A program made the translations under genes and the position numbers. The notes under the pieces were generated by a model. It did no database searches. It had not been told where the DNA came from and saw nothing but the letters and a program-made list of their open reading frames with translations. Below are positions 1 to 9,410 of a stretch of DNA of 64,000 nt, piece after piece (the first letter of the stretch is position 1; the number at the start of each line of letters is the position of its first letter). The stretch comes from a virus. The stretch covers positions 4,087-68,086 of the IMG/VR virus record IMGVR_UViG_3300030333_004027. The stretch is one strand, 5' to 3'.

Positions 1-648
1 ACCGTAGGTCTTTCTGCCCCTGTTGTCAACAAACCAATTGCTTCGTGAGTCAATCTTGATATGTAGTATCTCACTTGCGGGTATCTCACGCGCGTTAAGT
101 TTCATCTCACGTAGCATATACTTGCTAGGGCGTATAATAGGGTTGTCCTCAGTAGCATCGAAGGTGCTATCAAGCCCGCCTCGCTCATCGACTATGGTGA
201 TTTGCTTGACAGGTAGGCTTTGAAGGTCAGTTATCCCTTCTCCTTCCCTGCCGACAATCTTGTTTATGTCGTTTCCGTAAACCATGAGGTTTCTCATAGC
301 CGTAATTAGTATGTCATCAAAGTCTAGCGTATCTTCGACTAATTCTTTGATAGTGTCACGGATAGTTGCATTTTTACCCTTAGAGTAGTTTATTTCATAA
401 TTGTTAGCCGTTAGGCTGACTGCACGAACCGCCCCATTCAATTCGGGGTCAAGTTTCAACATAAGGTCATACATATCAAACTCGTTGTCATAATTACTAT
501 CTTTGTTGAGTCTTTCTGTATCTCGCACCAAATCAGGCACGCCTGCAACCGCCTTAAATCCTTCTCTCTTCATTCCTACTCTTGTTAGAGAAGGCTCTTC
601 CTCTTTGGCCGTGCCTCTCCAAACCTGATACCACTTACGCTCGGACAT
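1..648 (-). CDS. Portal protein, N-terminal part (runs off the left edge)
   Basis: Not in the ORF track. Manual translation from ATG 648 is open to position 1: MSERKWYQVWRG...FDMYDLMLKLDPELNGAVRAVSLTA...AMRNLMVYGND...EIPASEILHIK. The 'D..L..AV', 'L.VYGN' and 'IP..EILHIK' motifs are typical of portals. TATA box TTAATAAA starts 29 nt upstream. Confidence 0.8.
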   Translation of the reverse strand, partial: MSERKWYQVWRGTAKEEEPSLTRVGMKREGFKAVAGVPDLVRDTERLNKDSNYDNEFDMYDLMLKLDPELNGAVRAVSLTANNYEINYSKGKNATIRDTIKELVEDTLDFDDILITAMRNLMVYGNDINKIVGREGEGITDLQSLPVKQITIVDERGGLDSTFDATEDNPIIRPSKYMLREMKLNAREIPASEILHIKIDSRSNWFVDNRGRKTYG

Positions 649-985
649 ATTTCTTGCTAATATTGAGTGTTTATTAACATTTTGCCTTATTTTTTCTTTT
701 TTTTCGATAATTTACTGAAAAATTAAAAAGGCAGACTGCGCCAATGTTCGCTAATTGTTTTATTCTTTCTATAGTATAGACCAAAATACTTTAACTATTC
801 TAAAATACTTACTGTAATTACTTAGGGAAAGGCCGGCCGACATCTAAAAATACTATTGAAATAAAAAAAGAATTAAAATGTTGCACCGCAGTATCACGTT
901 TAATTCTTTTAGTAATCAACTAAATGATTAAAATAAATCATGCTCACCGTAGCATTTAAGTATGTCTTGTAAATAGGTTAGATTA
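649..985. promoter_or_regulatory. AT-rich divergent promoter region between the portal and the metallophosphoesterase-terminase operon
   Basis: TATA-like TTAATAAA at 677-670 (-) and TTTAAGTA at 955-962 (+). Inverted repeat AAAAGAATTAAA...TTTAATTCTTTT at about 866-910. Confidence 0.65.
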
Positions 986-2494
986 ATGGCAGGGGGGCGT
1001 GAACACAAAGGCCGCGTCAAAATGCGAGGCGGCCAAGACCTGATAACAAAGTATGCTAATGCGGAAGCATTTGAGAGTGAGAGTGCGTTTGCTCGATTTT
1101 TGAACAAGATTGAGCCAACACGGTCGGTGAATGGATGGCGTAGCGCGATAAAGCGTTGGAAATCCGGTGGTGGACAAATAATTTACACCAAATGGAACGG
1201 ACACAAGTATTCTAAGGATAAACCAAAGGATATTGCTGTTCCTCACGCGATTAAAGCACCTACTAACTATAAAAAGTATTATGATGAGGCACGCGATGTC
1301 TATTTGACTTTCATTGAGCAAGCCAATCAAATTATAGAGATTGACGGTGACACGCATAGGGAAATGAAGAAAAGGTATTCTGACGAAGGTGGTAGGTTTA
1401 CAGTAGCGCAGATGGCGCAGCACTTTGGTTTCCCTATCTTGTGGATGCAAGATTACATCAGGGTAAATCATTGGAAGCACCCAATGTCACCATATACTGA
1501 CGAACAAATGATTGAAATGAGCGAGGATGAGTTGGTAGTTGATTTCCTTGAGATGAAAAGGACTGCTGCTTTGGAAACGGCAAAAAGAGCGCACTACGCC
1601 GCTATGTCTAAGGACGCTAACAGATGGCGCAACCTAGATGATACATTCTATAATGAGTTTATGAAGGCAATTGGCAACAAGCATTTGCCACCTAAAAGCG
1701 TTAAGAAGATAAAGATGAAAGATGCGGGTCCGTATGCTTTGGTTATATCTCCTACTGACCTACACTTTGGGTCATCGTGTTGGATTGACGAAACGGGTAA
1801 TCATTACGATACAAAGGAAGCACGCAAAAGACTTATGGATAGAACGCAGAATCTAATCTCTCGTATGCCTAGCCGACCTGAAAAGATATACTTGGCTACC
1901 GGTAGTGATTGGTTCCATGTCGATAACGATACGGGTGGCACGACAAAAGGCACACCACAGGATATGTCCGTGAGTCCGTCTGAAATGTTTATGGATGGTT
2001 GTATGCTTGCACAGGAGCATATTGAAATGCTTAGGACTGTTTGCCCTGTTGAAGTAGTGTTTGCGCGTGGTAATCACGATAGGCATCTTGCTATTGCTTT
2101 GATGATGTATCTCAAGGCATCTTACGATAAAATAGACGATGTTAACGTGACTGTTGACCCGAATATAAGGCAGTATGTTTCTTATGGTAATACTCTATTA
2201 GGGTTTACTCACGGCGATGGGGTCAAGGGTATGGATTTGCCTTCTCTTATGGCTAAGGAAGAGTGGAAACAATGGGGTAATTGCGAACACAAGATATGGT
2301 TCCACGGTCATCTTCATCATCAATCTGTAATAGAAAAGGGTGGTGCTATGGTAGTGCAGTTGCCTAGTTTGGCCGGTGCTGATAGATGGCATCACCGTAA
2401 GGGTTATATTCTAAGTAGGCCGGGTTTGTCTGCACACTTGATAGACAAGGATTTGGGTCTGATAGGAAACCTGTTTGCTCCGGTGGTGGAATGA
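986..2494 (+). CDS. Calcineurin-like metallophosphoesterase with a long helical N-terminal region
   Basis: Complete motif set DLHFG, GSDWFH, GNHD, THGD, GHLHH. Stop overlaps the terminase start (ATGA). Confidence 0.85.
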   Translation: MAGGREHKGRVKMRGGQDLITKYANAEAFESESAFARFLNKIEPTRSVNGWRSAIKRWKSGGGQIIYTKWNGHKYSKDKPKDIAVPHAIKAPTNYKKYYDEARDVYLTFIEQANQIIEIDGDTHREMKKRYSDEGGRFTVAQMAQHFGFPILWMQDYIRVNHWKHPMSPYTDEQMIEMSEDELVVDFLEMKRTAALETAKRAHYAAMSKDANRWRNLDDTFYNEFMKAIGNKHLPPKSVKKIKMKDAGPYALVISPTDLHFGSSCWIDETGNHYDTKEARKRLMDRTQNLISRMPSRPEKIYLATGSDWFHVDNDTGGTTKGTPQDMSVSPSEMFMDGCMLAQEHIEMLRTVCPVEVVFARGNHDRHLAIALMMYLKASYDKIDDVNVTVDPNIRQYVSYGNTLLGFTHGDGVKGMDLPSLMAKEEWKQWGNCEHKIWFHGHLHHQSVIEKGGAMVVQLPSLAGADRWHHRKGYILSRPGLSAHLIDKDLGLIGNLFAPVVE

Positions 2495-3993
2495 GTAATT
2501 TTGGTATAGACTTCTCGATGGAACGCTCTAGGAAAGATGTCTCCTACTTTTACAAATGGTTGGGGTATACTTGGGGCGACCATATTGGCGAATGGATGGA
2601 TATGTATGGCGAGAGGGGTGACGCACAGGTTCATCGAGTTTGTGTGATTGCACCGAGGGACCATAGTAAGTCCACTACTTTAAGGATAAAACTATTGCAT
2701 AGTGCGTTGTTTGAAAGATGGCGCAACAAGCCGTTTACCTGTTGGTTGTTCTCAGCAAGCAAGGATTTGGCCGTTAGAAGACTTGAAGAAATTAGAGAGG
2801 ATATGAAGAGGCATCCGCAGTTGTCTAAGTATCTCCATAAAAAGAGGGGCAATAAGTTGGAGTTGCATTTTACTAACGGGGCATGGATAAGGGCTACTTC
2901 TGTTGGGGCTGCAATTCGTGGTGAGCATCCGGCTTGTATTGCTTTCGATGACGTTATTGACGATAGCGGTGATATGGATTGGACTAAGATAAGACAATGG
3001 TTCAGGAAAAAGATTACTCCGATGTTGAGTCCCGGCACTTCTATATATTGCGTAGGCACGCCTATGAGTATGGTTGACTTGTATCACACGGAAATGATAA
3101 ACAATGATACGTGGAAAACGGGTATATGGTCTGCCTTGCCTAATTGGGAAGAGTATAGGGCTGACCCTGATAACGTCACACCGATAGAGTTGTGGCCTGA
3201 GTTTAGACCACTTGCGTTTCTTTTAGAGCAAAAGCAAGCGATGGGTGAGTTGTCTTTCATACAGGAGTATCTATGTAAGGTGATTGACGATGAGGCTTCT
3301 GTGTATCCACGTAATCTGACTCGTAAGAATATGAACCTAGATACTGTTTTTGACAAGGGCAAGATGGAAGGATATAAATACGCAATAGGGTTTGACCCTG
3401 CACACGGCTTGGGACAGGACTACTCGGTAATGGTGGTTCTGAAACAGGATTCTGATGGATATATACACTTGGCTGATATGTGGCGTAGGAATGACTTTCC
3501 CCCTGCGAAGCAAGCAGATGTAATGATAGAGTGGAGCAAGAAGTATGGCACGCCGGCATTTGCTGTTGAGGCCGTAGGTTTCCAACAGATGTTTGAGAGT
3601 TTGATTAGTCAGAAGGGCGCAGTAGTGGATTATCGTGAAAGCAAGGTTAGCAACAAGACTTTGAAGCAGGGATTGTTAAATAGAATGAGAGTATGGTTTG
3701 AGAGGGAGTTAGTATGCTTCCCCTATGGTGATGACTTTACTCGTAAACAAGTTAATATACTATTAGAAGAGTTGGAGAGTCATGCGTGGCGCGAGGGTGA
3801 AATCATGGACTTAGGCCGACACAACGACTGTGCTATGGCTATGGCGCACGCACTAGACCAATTCTCTTATAAATCGCCCGATATGCCCGTAGTAATGGGA
3901 ACCATGAGAAAGAGTGAGTGGACAGGGGGAGTTAGTAGTGGAATACAACGCCGAGACACAGGCGGTCTTGGCGGCAAAGTAGTGAGAAGGTGA
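2491..3993 (+). CDS. terL: Terminase large subunit
   Basis: Walker A APRDHSKST, 'IRGEHP', Walker B IAFDDVID, coupling motif VGTP, RNase H-like nuclease GFDPA...DYSV and C-terminal HNDCAMAMA. Confidence 0.95.
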   Translation: MSNFGIDFSMERSRKDVSYFYKWLGYTWGDHIGEWMDMYGERGDAQVHRVCVIAPRDHSKSTTLRIKLLHSALFERWRNKPFTCWLFSASKDLAVRRLEEIREDMKRHPQLSKYLHKKRGNKLELHFTNGAWIRATSVGAAIRGEHPACIAFDDVIDDSGDMDWTKIRQWFRKKITPMLSPGTSIYCVGTPMSMVDLYHTEMINNDTWKTGIWSALPNWEEYRADPDNVTPIELWPEFRPLAFLLEQKQAMGELSFIQEYLCKVIDDEASVYPRNLTRKNMNLDTVFDKGKMEGYKYAIGFDPAHGLGQDYSVMVVLKQDSDGYIHLADMWRRNDFPPAKQADVMIEWSKKYGTPAFAVEAVGFQQMFESLISQKGAVVDYRESKVSNKTLKQGLLNRMRVWFERELVCFPYGDDFTRKQVNILLEELESHAWREGEIMDLGRHNDCAMAMAHALDQFSYKSPDMPVVMGTMRKSEWTGGVSSGIQRRDTGGLGGKVVRR

Positions 3994-3997
3994 GTGA

Positions 3998-4489
3998 ATG
4001 GCAGGTATAAAACCAAAGAATGATGCAACAAAGAAGAGAAGTAAGGTGACGGGTAAGAAGTTTAATCGACAAGACCCTAATGGGCGTAGGCACGGTCCTA
4101 TGTCTAGGCGAAAGGTATATGGTTTAGCGATAGAGAAGGTTCTGTGTAGTCATTGGGCTAAAAACCCGTTGACAAGCAGCGAGATTGCATATCACGCAAA
4201 CGAGCATATTAGCAACCATTGGACACAGTTGAATGGCTATAGCGTGGGTGCTATTCTCCGTAAGTATGAGAAACAGGGTCTTGTGGTTGGCGGCAAGAAG
4301 TATGAGAACGGACAGGGCATAAAGACTTGGACTAGAAATTGGGACATCCCATTGGAAAACGACTATGAGTATCACGGCGGCAATTGGAAAGGCAACCCGC
4401 GAGTATGGTTCAAGGATAATAGTGGCAAGTGGAGAGGCATAACGGCCACCGATGAAAATTTGAAAAAAATTTCTGAAAAAAAATTATAA
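3998..4489 (+). CDS. Putative winged-helix DNA-binding protein
   Basis: Basic N-terminus; PLTSSEIA...LNGYSVGAILRKYEKQGLV...KTW pattern; GGTGA SD. Confidence 0.55.
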   Translation: MAGIKPKNDATKKRSKVTGKKFNRQDPNGRRHGPMSRRKVYGLAIEKVLCSHWAKNPLTSSEIAYHANEHISNHWTQLNGYSVGAILRKYEKQGLVVGGKKYENGQGIKTWTRNWDIPLENDYEYHGGNWKGNPRVWFKDNSGKWRGITATDENLKKISEKKL

Positions 4490-4570
4490 AAATCGATTGA
4501 GGTGGTTAGCGGTGTTGCCGGCGCACATAGATACTTTTTGGCGGATTACAAATCCAAATTGAGGGGCGGC

Positions 4571-4864
4571 TCATGCGGAACCACCCCCCAAGTTATCATC
4601 GACTGTGATTACTTCATCTAGCAACTCACGGTTGTCCTCGGTGAAGTTTTCAATGTCATACATGGACACCTTCTCCACTTCATACATAACATCGAAGTGT
4701 GCGTCCTCATCCAATGGTTCTCGCTGCTCGCATCGGTCAGTTTGCAATACTGCCCATGCCTCAGCCACTTCACGGTCTGTGAACACCTCAGTCCATGCCC
4801 TGACGTATAGGCCGTCATACATGGCTACTGTGGCCTTGTATATGGTGTGGGGGTGGCCGGTCAT
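4571..4864 (-). CDS. Hypothetical acidic early protein
   Basis: 97-aa ORF with G-rich SD and protein-like composition. Confidence 0.6.
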   Translation of the reverse strand: MTGHPHTIYKATVAMYDGLYVRAWTEVFTDREVAEAWAVLQTDRCEQREPLDEDAHFDVMYEVEKVSMYDIENFTEDNRELLDEVITVDDNLGGGSA

Positions 4865-5449
4865 ATTACCACCCCCTGTTGCTGGCGCAGGCAGGGCAGG
4901 CCCCTATGCATGAGTCCTCGCATGGGGTGTCGTTCGTTCTTGTTGCTTCTTGGGTCGCTTGTGTGCTTGCCATACCCCCCCGTCTTCATGCTTGCTCTTA
5001 TACTTATGGGTGGTCCTATACACATAGTCTATATACTAGGTTCAATATCAGCCCATACAGGGCGCACCCCTGCCAGCCCCTATTTTTTCCATTTTTGAGC
5101 GATTTTTGAGTTGAGCGGACACGGAATCTCTATATACTAGGTTTCTCAACCGGACAGGGGGCCGGCGGCCCCTATTTTGCGCCACATGGTAAACAACGGA
5201 TAGTCAAGACTATAAGCCCCCATCTCATGGATGAGGTGGTGCGGGGGGGCCGAGGGGGGCGGCCCACAAGGTATATATACCGACAGCCCCTCTCATCATG
5301 GGCGCGGGTTTTCGCAACCCTATATATACCTTACGGTGAGAGAGAGAGAGAGGGAGAGAAAGACTATATACTACCGTGGGTAGGACACCATCGGGGGCCG
5401 GCGGCCCCCAATGGCTTACGTCTATCTGACTAGAGAGAGAGAATTAATC

Positions 5450-5944
5450 TCAATCCCAAAGAATGGTTTCGCCCTTCTCATTCTTGTATCCGATGTATTT
5501 TCCCTCATCGCCCAAAACTCTTGAATCATCGAAGTGCAATTTGAAGGAAACATGAGGTTCCATGTGGCTCCAATGACTGACCTCGATTTCATACCGAACG
5601 TTGCTCATAAATCGGTCCCTATCTTTCTTCAATTCCTCGACCTTGCTTTCTAGGGTCTTGAGGATGCCATTCAGGTGATTCCTACCTAGAGGTAGTCTCA
5701 GGGTTGGTGCAAATATCTGATAGCACTCAGTAGGTAGTTCAACCACTAGTCTAGGCCACTCAGCATTTTTCATGGCTGCTCGGAAGTTTGCTACTGTGTT
5801 GAATCTGCTCTTAGGGTAGGCATCGTCCCCACCATCTCTTTGCATTATCAAGGCGCTCATCTTAGCGTTCTCAATGGCGTTCAGGTTGCGGTTGTCGGTA
5901 TAGGCTTCGCCGCCGACCTCGGCTTCTGATGTGTGTGTCATCAT
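5450..5944 (-). CDS. Hypothetical early protein
   Basis: 164-aa ORF; TTTATA about 30 nt upstream (leaderless-type spacing). Confidence 0.7.
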   Translation of the reverse strand: MMTHTSEAEVGGEAYTDNRNLNAIENAKMSALIMQRDGGDDAYPKSRFNTVANFRAAMKNAEWPRLVVELPTECYQIFAPTLRLPLGRNHLNGILKTLESKVEELKKDRDRFMSNVRYEIEVSHWSHMEPHVSFKLHFDDSRVLGDEGKYIGYKNEKGETILWD

Positions 5945-6215
5945 GTTCCCGCCGTGTTAGTATAAGGGTATAAAGGCTCGCCTAGATGCTCATCTCTTGC
6001 ATCATACAATAAATAACAACCATTATAAGCCTACATCTCTAGGTGTATCGGCCGCCGAGCGAGGCGAAGCCGAGCGAGGGTATCACTTCGGAAAGACTAT
6101 ATACTGCCTGCCTTATGGATAAACGGGTGCGGTGCGGTGCTGTGCATTATAGGCTCCCCCCTTTGAGAGAGAGAGAGAGAAAGAGAGAGAGATAACTATA
6201 TATACCCCCACCCAC

Positions 6216-6443
6216 TCACGGCCAAGTGGACTCATCAATAAGTTTATATACCCCCTCTAGTCCGATTTCATCGACCACATAGGATTGCTCGACAATCAAT
6301 TCCAAAACTGCATTAAGTGCAGTTTCTACACCGAATTGCACTTGGTCGGTGTAAATTGCACAGTTAGTGCGGATTTTCTCTTCAATGTCTCGGATGTCAG
6401 TTGTTGTTATTGGGGCTGCTCTCATATTATACCCTAGCAGCAT
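6216..6443 (-). CDS. Hypothetical protein
   Basis: 75-aa ORF followed by a (CT)n tract; start uncertain. Confidence 0.5.
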   Translation of the reverse strand: MLLGYNMRAAPITTTDIRDIEEKIRTNCAIYTDQVQFGVETALNAVLELIVEQSYVVDEIGLEGVYKLIDESTWP

Positions 6444-6606
6444 CTCGCTTATAGTCTTTGTGGTTAAGGGTAAAATTCGGAAGGTTTATAGGGTGTCTGC
6501 CTGATGGATAAACAGGCCGGACCGTGCGCCCCCCCCCGAAGGGGTAATTTGAGAGAGAGAGAGAAGTCATATACTTTTCACAATCCTTATCGCAAGGTTT
6601 ATAGGC

Positions 6607-6861
6607 TTACCACTTATGCGGGTGCGCCAATAGCAATAGGGCGGGGATTTTCAATTTCAATTTCTCCACTTCTTCTCGGTGTTCGACTATTGCGGGTGGT
6701 AGCGTGCATCCGTGGTCCGGCATTCTATTAGGGTGGTTAACTCCCCAATGTAGGCTCTCTTCACACATCTCAAACCCCATTATGAAGGCATTTCTCTCTC
6801 CATCGGTCATTCCGTCTGTTGGGCATCTCTTGTTCTTCTTTTCGTCAGTCATTTCATTCAC
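6607..6861 (-). CDS. Hypothetical protein
   Basis: 84-aa ORF, co-oriented with neighbours and followed by a (CT)n tract. Confidence 0.5.
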   Translation of the reverse strand: MNEMTDEKKNKRCPTDGMTDGERNAFIMGFEMCEESLHWGVNHPNRMPDHGCTLPPAIVEHREEVEKLKLKIPALLLLAHPHKW

Positions 6862-7042
6862 ATCATGTAGGGCTATACCCTACGGGGCTAACACACGCAC
6901 CTTCCCTTATTAACCTGCCGGTCATCCATAACGCTTATATATGATGGGATGACTTTTTATTTTCGGCCTTCTCTATATTTTGCTAATCATAAGGTTTATA
7001 GGCTGTCAGCCCTATGTATGAGCGGGCCGGACCCCATTTTTA

Positions 7043-7355
7043 GGGGTATATAACCTTTTCGATATGCTTATATATGGTTTTTATGGGTATATAACCTTTT
7101 CGCAACACTTATAACCTTTTTTTAAGCATATATAACCTTTTCGGTCATTTTTAGGGGGTTATAAGTCTTTCGCAAGGGTTATAAGGGGTTTTTTCAAGTA
7201 TATTAACCTTTTCGCAAGGATTATATACTATAACTAACTTGCTTATAGTCTTTTCGCAAGGCTTATATACTCTTTTTTTTAGGTTATAAGTCTTTCGATA
7301 AGTATATATAGGGGGTTTTTAGGGGTATATAACCTTTGCGAAAGGTTTATAGGGT
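7043..7355. repeat. Degenerate array of 8 quasi-palindromic TATA-BRE/BRE-TATA units, period about 41-42 bp
   Basis: Units approximate TATATAACCTTTTCGCAAGGnTTATA. Central CG at 7060, 7101, 7142, 7171, 7213, 7255, 7296 and 7339. Non-coding. Confidence 0.85.
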
Positions 7356-7451
7356 ATTTATTTTTTTGCGCGTGGCAAAGTATATATACTAGGTTTCGCA
7401 TCGCTAAGGCGCGGCGGACGCTTGCGAACATCAATAGCCAAAGTTAATATA

Positions 7452-7820
7452 CTAGTTTTCCCAATGCCACACCGCCGAGCCATCGCGGGCCATGTAATCG
7501 AATAACTCAGATTTCGCGCGAGCCATTGAGGGAAACGGATTTGATATTCTATCCCAAACAACCCGAAACGGTGAAACCGGACGGCTCAAAACCACCCACT
7601 CGGCGCGCTTGCGGTAATTCACATTAACGGCTTGAATCCTGATTTCGGCCCCTTCTAGCCGTGTTCGATAATCGCCGGCTTCATGCTTCTCAAATTCGAT
7701 ATGGTCGAATTTTCCGAGGTGGTCTTTAAACTCGCTCGGCTTATGGCCGTTGGCCCTTGCATATGCTAGGGCGATTCGGTTCAATCTTCGGGTGTGTTGG
7801 TCCGACTCCATCACCACCAC
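7452..7820 (-). CDS. Hypothetical early protein
   Basis: 122-aa ORF overlapping the upstream ORF; start may be ATG 7811. Confidence 0.6.
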   Translation of the reverse strand: MVVMESDQHTRRLNRIALAYARANGHKPSEFKDHLGKFDHIEFEKHEAGDYRTRLEGAEIRIQAVNVNYRKRAEWVVLSRPVSPFRVVWDRISNPFPSMARAKSELFDYMARDGSAVWHWEN

Positions 7821-8041
7821 CCCGCATTGATGGCGACAATTTCGCCACTATCATCAATGAACCCCTCGATAAATTCAAGGGCTAAGGCGAAGGACACGAA
7901 ATTTGAAGTCCACGTGTTGCCGAGGGTATCGGCCCATAGAAGGTGGACTCTTTGGTTTACCTCATAGGCGGGGGGGTTCGTTCTTAGTTGGTGTATTTTT
8001 TGCACCGCTTCTTCATTGTTGGCTCGCGTGTATCTGACCAT
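7811..8041 (-). CDS. Hypothetical early protein
   Basis: ATG 8041 lies 28 nt after TTATATAC (8069), so the start is revised from GTG 8053. Confidence 0.6.
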   Translation of the reverse strand: MVRYTRANNEEAVQKIHQLRTNPPAYEVNQRVHLLWADTLGNTWTSNFVSFALALEFIEGFIDDSGEIVAINAGWW

Positions 8042-8437
8042 GATACTACACACGCAACCAAGTATATAACACTTGCGAATTTTCCCCCTAATAATAACCT
8101 TTATAGGCTGACCGCCCTTCTCACTATGGGCTAAGGATACGCGGACGCTTGCGAAAAGAAAAGACTATAAACCGTCAGCCCTTGCCGGTGCAGTTTACTT
8201 TTTGCACTAAGTGTCGTAAGATATATAAGGCCCGCATGAGATTTCAAGAGATAAAGATTTCTGAAATGAAAACCGTTATACTGCGAGCAAGTCCGATTAA
8301 ATTGGCGTTTAGGCCGGCCCTAGAGGGTCAAATAGGCATTTTACGAAAAACGCTTGACTGCGGCGGTGTAGTTTTTACACCAACTATATGAACCTTTCGG
8401 TCAAGGAAAAGTTGTGCGGAGAATATAAAGTTATCGT

Positions 8438-8574
8438 CACTAAGTGTTGAGAATAACACCGAGTGTGATTAATGCACCAAGTGTTTTAACCTCATTTAGT
8501 GCAAAGGTAAAACCTGATTTCATTATGTGACTTAATAACAAAATGCACATTAAGTGTATTTTTTACACTAAGTA
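8438..8574. repeat. Array of 9-bp CAY-N3-GTG boxes in AT-rich non-coding DNA
   Basis: Copies at 8438, 8457, 8475, 8493, 8521, 8548 and 8566 (last ends GTA); one isolated copy at 8205. Confidence 0.7.
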
Positions 8575-8734
8575 TCCTACATTCCCATAGGTGCATAAAA
8601 AGCACCGATTCGCGCCGGCCGGAACATTAGTCACGAATGTTGACCCCTTATATACTTTGGGGGTTCATGTTTTGGTCATGCGTCAGAATGCCCGAACGAT
8701 AAGTATATATGCCTCACTCGCTAAGACCCAATTA

Positions 8735-9406
8735 ATGAAGATAACTGAGAACAACGCGAAAACCGGCATTGACTTTGAAAAGTGGGGGGATAAATGCGAC
8801 CCCGCAAAAACCGAACCGCATTATCTAGGGCGCGTTTTGTGTTTGGGTGGATACGACCACACATTCAAAAAACACGGCCGCCCGCCCGTATGGAAAATGG
8901 AAACCATCGAGGAATTAATGCTCGCGGTTTCACAACCATATTACCCACCCGCCGAAGAAGCGAAAAAGCGCGGATGTGCTGAGGCATTATGTTTTGATGC
9001 ACCTTCAAAAAGCCCATTCAAAAACGGGATAACCGACCGCGACCGCGCCCGCCGGAAACTTCAACACCGACTCAAGCAACAGGCCGCCGAGATGGAGCGA
9101 GAAGCCTTAGTTATCAAAAATAAGGGGTTCAAGCCGTGCCGTTATAAAGCGTGTAAAGGTCGCGCTCATGGTGCTTACGGTGAAAAATGCCCGATTGCAT
9201 CGGGAAGGGGCAAAACCGGCGGGAAAAATGGAACCGGTGCGAGCAAGGCCCGAAAAGGTGCGAAGAATGGCCGTTCAAAGGGTGGCCCAAAAAAGCGGAC
9301 ACAAACCGCCGCCCGACTCAAGGCCGGAGAAATCAAAATCAAGACCAACGAAATTCAAACCGTTGACCCATTCGCTTATTATCAGCATAAAATAAACAAG
9401 AGGTGA
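8735..9406 (+). CDS. Very basic hypothetical protein with a Cys/His cluster and a NUMOD3-like K/G-rich tail
   Basis: ATG 8735 follows CGATAAGTATATAT (BRE-TATA). Contains CRYKAC...H...C and KGAKNGRSKGG. Confidence 0.65.
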   Translation: MKITENNAKTGIDFEKWGDKCDPAKTEPHYLGRVLCLGGYDHTFKKHGRPPVWKMETIEELMLAVSQPYYPPAEEAKKRGCAEALCFDAPSKSPFKNGITDRDRARRKLQHRLKQQAAEMEREALVIKNKGFKPCRYKACKGRAHGAYGEKCPIASGRGKTGGKNGTGASKARKGAKNGRSKGGPKKRTQTAARLKAGEIKIKTNEIQTVDPFAYYQHKINKR

Positions 9407-9410
9407 AAAA

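Noticed and set aside
4605-5433. Plus-strand ORFs 4605, 4847, 4879 and 5227
   Set aside because: They are antisense to better ORFs or run through low-complexity repeats.
7043-7355. Mini-CRISPR array
   Set aside because: The repeats are degenerate and the linkers are short T/G runs rather than unique 30-40 nt spacers. There is no leader and no cas operon.
8149-8391. 80-aa plus-strand ORF
   Set aside because: The TTG start falls inside the regulatory box, there is no SD, and it overlaps promoter-like motifs; likely non-coding.
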